57,719 nt of DNA, from contig JAFUNP010000006.1 of assembly GCA_017473015.1 (NCBI GenBank), positions 1-57,719 of the forward strand, in the 5' to 3' direction. A program made the position numbers and the translations under genes. Below the pieces are notes generated by a model. The model was not told the origin of the DNA. It made no database searches and saw nothing but the letters and a program-made list of their open reading frames with translations. This stretch comes from Oscillospiraceae bacterium (GTDB lineage: Bacteria; Bacillota; Clostridia; Oscillospirales; Ruminococcaceae). Of the stretch, positions 51,202 through 57,719 are shown piece by piece (position 1 is the stretch's first letter; each line of letters begins with the position of its first letter).

Positions 51202-52656
51202 ATGAAATATGTAACAGAAGGTTATGAACCTAAAAAAGTTCTTCAGTATTTTGAAGATATTTCCCGTATCCCTCGCGGCAGCACAAACGAAGCCGCAGTA
51301 GCGCAGTACATCTACGACTGGGGTAAAAATCTGGGTCTGGACGCCTACAAAGACGAAGCCAACAATGTTGTGCTGAAAAAACCTGGTTCCGCAGGCTGTG
51401 AAAACCTGCCGCCTGTTATCCTCCAGGGCCATACAGACATCGTAGCTGTAAAGCTGCCTGAATCCGACCACAACTTCCTGACAGACCCACTGCCAATCTA
51501 TGTGGAAAACGGTATTCTCCGTTCAAAAGGCACCACACTGGGCGCTGATAACGGTAACGCTGTTTCTTATATGATGGGCGTTCTTTCTGACAACACACTG
51601 GTACATCCACCTGTTGAATGTATCTTTACCTCCAGCGAAGAAATCGGCCTTATCGGTGCTGACAAGCTGTCTGCAGATGCTTTCACAGGCAAACGCATGA
51701 TTAACCTGGACGGCGGCATCGGCGACCCGCCATCTACCACAGTTTCCTGCGCAGGCGGCCTGGAGCTGAAAATGCGCCAGAAACCTGAATGGCAGAAAGC
51801 TGAAGGCAATTTTATCTCCCTGTTTATTCACGGTCTTCAGGGTGGCCATTCCGCAGGAGCTATTGACAAAGGCCGCGGCAACGCCGGCAAACTGATGGCC
51901 AGAATCCTCAACCATGTAAATCTGTTTACACCTGTGGCTGTGGCAGCAATGAACGGCGGCGAAAAGATGAATGCCATCATGTCTGACATGACGGCTGTTA
52001 TCAGCGTGGAAAACAAAGAAGTTGCCCTGGCAGAAATTGCCAAAACAGTGGCCGACATCAAAGAAGAACTGCGCGTGACAGATGCAGGCTTTGTGTGCGA
52101 AGTGGCTGAATGTGAAGCACCTGAAAAAATGCTGGGAACTGCCCAGTCCAAACGCCTGATTCAGTTTATCCTTGCAATCCCTGCAGGTGTAAGAGACATG
52201 AGCTTTGAAATTGAAAACCTGGTTCTGAACTCCAACAACCTGGCTGCAGTACATCTCCGTGAAGACGAAATCTTTGTATGGACAATGGGCCGCAGCGGTG
52301 ACGACTCCCGTCAGGCAGCCATGGGCGAAGAAGTTAAAGCCATGGCAGATGCTTTTGGCTACAGCGTGGAAGTAGGCTCCAACTTCAACGGCTGGAAATA
52401 CAATCCGGCTTCAAAAATGCGCGAACTGCACATGAGACTGTTTGAAGAAACATTCGGTCAGAAAATGACAATCAACGCAGGTCACGGCGGTCTGGAATGT
52501 GGCGTATTCTGCGGCAAAGAACCTGAAATGGACATTATTACATTCGGTCCTCGCGGCGGCGGAGCACACACACCTGACGAATGGCTGGATTTGAAATCCT
52601 TTAAGGAAATCTACGAATACCTCTGCAATTTCCTGGCAGAACTTACAAAAGAATAA
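51202..52656 (+). CDS. pepD: aminoacyl-histidine dipeptidase PepD (M20C)
   Basis: 484 aa from the Met with RBS aggag; ILQGHTDIV metal-binding motif; M20 dimerisation domain. Confidence 0.85.
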   Translation: MKYVTEGYEPKKVLQYFEDISRIPRGSTNEAAVAQYIYDWGKNLGLDAYKDEANNVVLKKPGSAGCENLPPVILQGHTDIVAVKLPESDHNFLTDPLPIYVENGILRSKGTTLGADNGNAVSYMMGVLSDNTLVHPPVECIFTSSEEIGLIGADKLSADAFTGKRMINLDGGIGDPPSTTVSCAGGLELKMRQKPEWQKAEGNFISLFIHGLQGGHSAGAIDKGRGNAGKLMARILNHVNLFTPVAVAAMNGGEKMNAIMSDMTAVISVENKEVALAEIAKTVADIKEELRVTDAGFVCEVAECEAPEKMLGTAQSKRLIQFILAIPAGVRDMSFEIENLVLNSNNLAAVHLREDEIFVWTMGRSGDDSRQAAMGEEVKAMADAFGYSVEVGSNFNGWKYNPASKMRELHMRLFEETFGQKMTINAGHGGLECGVFCGKEPEMDIITFGPRGGGAHTPDEWLDLKSFKEIYEYLCNFLAELTKE

Positions 52657-52701
52657 TTCCCCTTGCAATATACCGAAAGCCACCCATATGGGTGGCTTTC
52701 T

Positions 52702-52730
52702 CCGTATGGGACGGATTTTCCGTCCCGTGG
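52702..52730. repeat. REP hairpin ccGTATGGGACGGAttttCCGTCCCgtgg (GTATGGG head variant)
   Basis: Same stem family as 14828-14858. Confidence 0.7.
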
Positions 52731-52940
52731 CGGTTTGTCTGCAATCCGCCGCCTGGTTTCATATCAGTCCCTGTCGTCATTTACGATGAGATTCTTACCC
52801 TGAAGGACAGGCGTCACTGCGTTCAGAATGAAAAAACACTTGCAAAAATTTTTTTCTGTGGTATACCACACTGCAGAAAAAATACAAGTCTTGTTTTTGT
52901 GTTTAATATATAGTATTAAATATATAAGAGGTGATATTTT

Positions 52941-53717
52941 ATGAATACTTATGATAAATATATCTGGCAGTGGGCCATGATGTACTACGCCGGCAGAATA
53001 CAGGAAATGGGTTACTCCTCCCTGTATACACCGGGCGAATACTTCCAGATGACATTGGATATGTCAGAAAAAGCTAAAAAATTCCCTTTCTTCCGCGATG
53101 AAACAAAACCCGAAATCAGCCTTTCCCGCCGGATGAGCCGTCTGATGACTGATTATAATAATTTCATTATGCCGTCTCTGAAGGCTGCCCTGCACCGGGG
53201 CCAGGTGACCTTTGTCACACCTTACAACGCCACCGGCCGCTGGAGCTATGCTGACCGCCACGGCGATGTGCTGGTGGTGGCCGACGAAGAAATGGCGGAG
53301 GACCTGAGACACCGCGTTACAGCTTCCGGTATGCAGCTGCAAAAAGGTATTCAGATATGCGCTGCTGATATAACCGATGCCGGCAGCCTGGAAAACCTGT
53401 GGAACAGAACTGCCTTTGACAATCCTGTTTATTTCAGCCTGGGGCTGCTGCCTCTGACTGCCACACCGGAATACATCCGGAAAACACTGCGGGCCCTTTC
53501 ATCACTGCTTACCCCTGTGGACAATCTGGCCTTTGGGTTTGTCAGCTCACGGGGCAGCAATCTGCCAAAGACTATCCCGATATACCAGTCCCTGGATATG
53601 GAAAAAGCCCTGTCCCGGTTGGGTTATAATGTGTACGAGGACGGCAGCCACATGGCTCTTGACGGCACAGAGGTTACCTTTATGCTGCGGGTAAAGAAAA
53701 TAAACCGTCACAAATAA
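52941..53717 (+). CDS. hypothetical protein
   Basis: 258-aa ORF with good coding statistics; no recognisable motif. Confidence 0.4.
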   Translation: MNTYDKYIWQWAMMYYAGRIQEMGYSSLYTPGEYFQMTLDMSEKAKKFPFFRDETKPEISLSRRMSRLMTDYNNFIMPSLKAALHRGQVTFVTPYNATGRWSYADRHGDVLVVADEEMAEDLRHRVTASGMQLQKGIQICAADITDAGSLENLWNRTAFDNPVYFSLGLLPLTATPEYIRKTLRALSSLLTPVDNLAFGFVSSRGSNLPKTIPIYQSLDMEKALSRLGYNVYEDGSHMALDGTEVTFMLRVKKINRHK

Positions 53718-53953
53718 AATATTACGGGCCTCTGCCACGGCAGAGGCTCTTTATTTCGCTGTGAAAAAATAGTATAATTATATAAATATATGAAAGTGAG
53801 CTTTTACAATGACTGTCGCAGTCCTTATGCCGCTGATAAAACTGCTGGTGACTACCATTGTTACAACTGTTGCGTATCTTTTATCCTCAGCTCAGCCGGC
53901 AGCTGAGATAGCGGCTACGGCTTATTCTTAACTGATTTAAAGGGAGATATATT

Positions 53954-54220
53954 ATGGATTATTCTTTCAGACTTCTGCTCAGTCCTCTGCTGGGAGGAAT
54001 GGGCGTGGCTGGCAGATTTGTGATTGCGCTGGGTATACTGGCTATACTCAGATTTCTGGACAAAAACGACCCCGAAACAGACAAAGGTATCAGAAAACTG
54101 CTGGTATGGCGGATTATCTTTGTGGTATTGGCTGTGTTTGTGATGGCTTTTCTTGCAGGTCTGTATATTTACGGCTTTGCCATGCCGCTGGACTATCTGT
54201 TTGACTTTATAATGTGGTGA
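53954..54220 (+). CDS. small membrane protein (2 TM)
   Basis: Strong RBS agggag; 88 aa; hydrophobic. Confidence 0.45.
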   Translation: MDYSFRLLLSPLLGGMGVAGRFVIALGILAILRFLDKNDPETDKGIRKLLVWRIIFVVLAVFVMAFLAGLYIYGFAMPLDYLFDFIMW

Positions 54221-54236
54221 TAAAAGGAGATTTATT

Positions 54237-54473
54237 ATGTCTGTACCGTTTTTTCTGATTACGGCGCCGGCTTATTCGCCGGTTCTTACCAAATGGGATA
54301 TACTGCGATGTATTGCTATGATTGTGGCCACAGCGGCACTGATTCCCACAATATACCGCCGCTCCACAGGTACAAAGCGTACTGCACTTATTGCTTTTGC
54401 AGTGCTGGTCTGCCTGTTTGTATGCGGAAGCATCCTGCTGCCGGTATGGATAAGTGACCTTATGGTATATTAA
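54237..54473 (+). CDS. small membrane protein (2-3 TM)
   Basis: Strong RBS aaggag; 78 aa. Followed by terminator 54481-54515. Confidence 0.45.
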   Translation: MSVPFFLITAPAYSPVLTKWDILRCIAMIVATAALIPTIYRRSTGTKRTALIAFAVLVCLFVCGSILLPVWISDLMVY

Positions 54474-54670
54474 AGCAGCCGGACCTCCCCTATGATAAAC
54501 GGGGGAGGTTTTTAATATCTGGTGATAAATGCACCAATTATGGCTTTGTCAGTTGAAAGCCTCCCCCTGTCTGGCAATCACACTTTTCTCCCAGTATCAT
54601 ACATATTTTAAATGTGAAAATTTTCCATTTGTCAATATATGCTTTCACTAACTTTTTACATTTGTTTTTG

Positions 54671-54699
54671 TTGACAATGCAAAAACGCTGTGGTAAAAT
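54671..54699 (+). promoter_or_regulatory. sigma-A-type promoter of the P-type ATPase (TTGACA-17-TGgTAAAAT, extended -10)
   Basis: Consensus -35 TTGACA at 54671-54676 and TGnTAAAAT at 54691-54699. Confidence 0.6.
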
Positions 54700-54705
54700 T
54701 TAGTT

Positions 54706-54831
54706 GTTAATAAGGGAGTAGTCGACAGATTACCTGTTACATGGCCAACAACCGCAGCTGCCATCAGCCGCTGGCGATGTATGAAATGACGAGACTTATC
54801 TGCACAAACAAGGGCAGATAGGTCCTTTTTT
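54706..54831 (+). ncRNA. structured 5-prime leader with intrinsic terminator; candidate yybP-ykoY (Mn2+) riboswitch
   Basis: aAGGGAGUAG at 54711-54720 resembles the conserved L1 GGGGAGUAG of yybP-ykoY. Strong hairpin gacuuaucugc...gcagauagguc (54793-54822) followed by U7. Mn riboswitches are known to control P-type ATPases (for example Streptococcus mgtA). Confidence 0.4.
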
Positions 54832-54886
54832 TATGACTTATCCCCATAGCCCTGAACAAATACACCATAAGAAAAGGGGAGTAATT

Positions 54887-57523
54887 GTGAAACACTATCT
54901 TGAAGAATTTGCAAAAATTATGAAAGACCTTTCCGTTACAGATGCAGGTCTTTCCCAGGCCGAAGCTGCCGACAGACTGGCAAAATACGGCCCTAACAAG
55001 CTGAAAGAAGGCGAAAAAGAAAGCCTGATTTCAAAATTTTTAAAAGAACTTTCCGACCCGATGACAATCATCCTGATTGTTGCAGCTGTTATTTCAGCTG
55101 TTACAGCATCTATTTCCGGCGAAGGCTATGCAGACGTATTTATCATTATGTTTGTTGTAATCATGAACGCTGTGCTGGGTGTTTACCAGGAAAGCAAGGC
55201 TGAAGCTGCCATCGAAGCACTGCAGCAGATTGCAGCCGCTACAAGCAAAGTAATGCGCGACGGTCACCAGCTGACAATCAAAAGTGAAGAACTGGTACCT
55301 GGCGACATCATCCTGCTGGAAGCCGGCGACAGCGTACCTGCTGATGCCCGTATCATCGAAAGCGCCAGCATGAAAATCGAAGAAGCTGCCCTGACAGGTG
55401 AATCTGTACCTGTTACAAAACACGCTGATGTGCTGACAGCTGAAGCAAACGGCGAAGTACCTCTGGGCGACAGAAAGAACATGGTTTACATGGGTTCTAC
55501 AGTTGCTTATGGCCGTGGCCGTGCTGTAGTTACAGCTACAGGTATGGAAACAGAAATGGGTAAAATCGCTGATGCCCTCACACAGGCAAAAGACGAAGAC
55601 ACACCTCTGCAGGTTAAAATGGGCGAACTGTCCAAAATCCTGTCCTTTATCGTTCTGGGTATCTGTGCTGTAATCTTTGCAGTAGATATTTTCAGAAACT
55701 TCTCCACAGGCATTACAGGCACAATGATGCTGGATACATTCATGGTTGCTGTATCACTGGCTGTTGCAGCCATTCCGGAAGGTCTGTCTGCTGTTGTTAC
55801 TATCCTGCTGTCCATCGGCGTTACAAAAATGAGTAACAACCAGGCTATCATCAGAAAACTGACAGCTGTTGAAACACTGGGCTGTACACAGATTATCTGC
55901 TCTGACAAGACAGGTACTCTCACACAGAACAAAATGACAGTTGTTCAGCGTCATACAGACAATGACGAACTCCATGTAAAAGCTATGGCTCTCTGTTCTG
56001 ACGCCGAAATGGAAGGCGAAAGCGCAGTGGGCGAACCTACAGAATGTGCTCTGGTTAACGATGCTTTCAAAGAAGGCATGCACAAAGCACAGCTGAAAGC
56101 TGACTACCCACGTGTGGGCGAAGCTCCATTTGACTCCGGCAGAAAAATGATGAGTACAGTACATGCTGACCCACAGGGCGGCTTTGTACAGTTTACAAAA
56201 GGTGCTCCTGACGAAATTCTGAAACGCTGTACAAAAGCATTTGTAAACGGCAAAGTGGTGGAAATGACTGAGGAAGTAAGAGATTCCATCCTGGCTGCAA
56301 ACAAATCCATGGCTGACCAGGCTCTGCGTGTTCTCTGCTCCGCTTACAGAACATACAGCGAAAAACCAGCTTCCAACGAAGCCGGTGACCTGGAACAGGA
56401 TATGATTTACCTGGGCCTGTCCGGTATGATTGACCCTATCAGACCAGAAGTAAAAGACGCTATCGTTGAATGTAAAAACGCCGGTATCCGCGCTATCATG
56501 ATTACAGGTGACCACAAAGATACAGCTGTTGCTATTGCAAACCAGCTGGGCATCCTGGGCGAAGGCCAGCATGCTATCACAGGCGCACAGCTGAACGAAC
56601 TCAGCGACGAAGAGCTGGAAGCAAGAATCGAATCCTTCTCTGTATATGCCCGTGTACAGCCTGAACACAAAGTAAGAATTGTTTCCGCATGGAAAGCAAA
56701 AGGCAAAATCACAGCTATGACAGGTGACGGCGTAAACGACGCTCCATCCATCAAAACAGCTGACATCGGCGTTGGTATGGGTATTACCGGTACTGACGTT
56801 ACAAAGAACGTAGCTGATATGGTTCTGGCAGACGACAACTTTGCCACAATCGTAAAAGCTGTAGCAGAAGGCAGAAGAATTTACGACAACATCCGTAAAA
56901 CAATCCAGTATCTGCTGTCCACAAACGTAGCCGAAGTTCTGGCTGTATTCTTTGCAACACTGCTGAACTTCACAATCCTGGAACCAGCTCACCTGCTGTG
57001 GATTAACCTGGTTACAGACTCCCTGCCAGCTATCGCTCTGGGCATGGAAGAAACAGAAGCCGACAGTATGAAGAGACCTCCTCGTGATTCTGAAGAAGGT
57101 ATCTTTGCCGGCGGTATGGCATTTGATATAATTTATCAAGGTGCTGTAATCGCAGCTCTCACATTCCTGTCATTTATGATGGGTCACTGGATGGAAACAG
57201 GCATCTGGGAAATCACAGATTCCTCCCACGGTGTAACAATGGCCTTCCTGTCACTGTCACTTATGGAAATGCTGCACTCTGTAAACATGCGTTCCCGCCG
57301 TGGCTCCCTGCTGAAAATCCCTCATCAGAACAAATATCTGCTGTACTCACTGACAGGCACATTCCTGACAACACTGGCAGCTATTTATGTTCCTTTCCTC
57401 AGCGATGCATTCGGCTTCACACACATTTCCCCAATGGAATGTATCGTGGCTATCGTTATCGCTGTATCCATCATCCCAATCATGGAAGTGGTAAAAGCAA
57501 TACAGAGAAAATCAGGCAAATAA
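54887..57523 (+). CDS. calcium (Ca2+/Mn2+)-translocating P-type ATPase, PMCA/SERCA-like (P2 type)
   Basis: DKTGTLT phosphorylation site, TGES, MITGDH, TGDGVNDAPS, 10 TM helices. GTG start at 54887 with RBS aaagggga is preferred over the RBS-less ATG at 54833. Confidence 0.85.
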   Translation: MKHYLEEFAKIMKDLSVTDAGLSQAEAADRLAKYGPNKLKEGEKESLISKFLKELSDPMTIILIVAAVISAVTASISGEGYADVFIIMFVVIMNAVLGVYQESKAEAAIEALQQIAAATSKVMRDGHQLTIKSEELVPGDIILLEAGDSVPADARIIESASMKIEEAALTGESVPVTKHADVLTAEANGEVPLGDRKNMVYMGSTVAYGRGRAVVTATGMETEMGKIADALTQAKDEDTPLQVKMGELSKILSFIVLGICAVIFAVDIFRNFSTGITGTMMLDTFMVAVSLAVAAIPEGLSAVVTILLSIGVTKMSNNQAIIRKLTAVETLGCTQIICSDKTGTLTQNKMTVVQRHTDNDELHVKAMALCSDAEMEGESAVGEPTECALVNDAFKEGMHKAQLKADYPRVGEAPFDSGRKMMSTVHADPQGGFVQFTKGAPDEILKRCTKAFVNGKVVEMTEEVRDSILAANKSMADQALRVLCSAYRTYSEKPASNEAGDLEQDMIYLGLSGMIDPIRPEVKDAIVECKNAGIRAIMITGDHKDTAVAIANQLGILGEGQHAITGAQLNELSDEELEARIESFSVYARVQPEHKVRIVSAWKAKGKITAMTGDGVNDAPSIKTADIGVGMGITGTDVTKNVADMVLADDNFATIVKAVAEGRRIYDNIRKTIQYLLSTNVAEVLAVFFATLLNFTILEPAHLLWINLVTDSLPAIALGMEETEADSMKRPPRDSEEGIFAGGMAFDIIYQGAVIAALTFLSFMMGHWMETGIWEITDSSHGVTMAFLSLSLMEMLHSVNMRSRRGSLLKIPHQNKYLLYSLTGTFLTTLAAIYVPFLSDAFGFTHISPMECIVAIVIAVSIIPIMEVVKAIQRKSGK

Positions 57524-57540
57524 TCAATAACCAAAAAATA

Positions 57541-57567
57541 AAACCAGGGTTTATACCCTGGTTTTTC
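57541..57567 (+). terminator. intrinsic terminator after the P-type ATPase
   Basis: aaaccagggtttataccctggttttt. Confidence 0.75.
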
Positions 57568-57596
57568 ATTGCACAACAAAAGCCGTGGCTTACGGC

Positions 57597-57719
57597 AGTG
57601 TTCGTAAAACAGTTAAACCGACCTGTGATTGTAATCACAGGTCGGTTTTCTGTAATGTGTACCGTAGTCGGAAAGGCTCCCTTGTGTAAAGGGAGCTGTC
57701 AGCGAAGCTGACTGAGGGA
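57597..57719. repeat. Composite repeat at the window edge (aaaccgacctgtgattgtaatcacaggtcggttt hairpin, ctcccttgtgtaaaggga hairpin, gctgactgaggg tail)
   Basis: Inverted counterpart of 36714-36760. The head and tail modules match 26742-26850. Confidence 0.7.

Noticed and set aside
51523-52254. 243-aa minus-strand ORF
   Set aside because: Antisense to pepD.
54833-54886. ATG at 54833 as the P-type ATPase start
   Set aside because: It directly abuts the terminator U-tract with no RBS. The in-frame GTG at 54887 has a strong RBS and gives a typical N-terminus.
55754-57139. 461-aa minus-strand ORF
   Set aside because: Antisense to the P-type ATPase gene, which has unambiguous motifs.

Overview
This window looks like the replication-origin region of a spore-forming Firmicutes (Clostridia-type) chromosome. 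The dnaA side runs leftwards on the minus strand: dnaA, an oriC box cluster, dnaN, yaaA, recF, a GIY-YIG insert, remB/yaaB, gyrB, an inserted hypothetical, gyrA, HIT, a TPR lipoprotein, mnmE, a RAYT transposase, mnmG, rsmG, a noc-like parB paralog on the plus strand, parA, a second RAYT, parB and serS. The other side runs rightwards on the plus strand: rpmH, rnpA, yidD, yidC, jag/khpB, a YcxB-like gene, tRNA-Thr(CGU), a second cluster of DnaA-box-like repeats, then queG. Further right are housekeeping and accessory genes: nrdG, a GNAT acetyltransferase, two M24 peptidases, a MacB-type ABC exporter, split uxaA, a HAD hydrolase, ung, yitT, the spoVAC-spoVAD-spoVAE operon, an SPFH protein, pepD, a small-membrane-protein cluster and a PMCA-type P-type ATPase. 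The ATPase leader carries a terminator and a GGGAGUAG motif, which makes it a candidate Mn2+ (yybP-ykoY) riboswitch. The most unusual feature is a REP/RAYT system. Two IS200-like RAYT paralogs sit inside the normally contiguous parA-parB and mnmE-mnmG operons. Each carries two in-frame copies of the genome's own GTAGGGG-headed REP hairpins, in inverted orientation either side of the HuH motif, and each internal copy is identical to an intergenic REP. Dozens of REP/BIME-like hairpins and at least two other short repeat families fill the intergenic regions, including the rpmH-dnaA spacer where DnaA boxes would normally be. The DnaA-box-like repeats use an atypical 9-mer, TGTTGAAAA/TGTGGAAAA. One cluster lies between dnaA and dnaN and a second, denser one lies downstream of jag/tRNA-Thr, which resembles the jag-thdF DnaA-box cluster of B. 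subtilis. Palindromic parS-like sites flank the noc-like gene.
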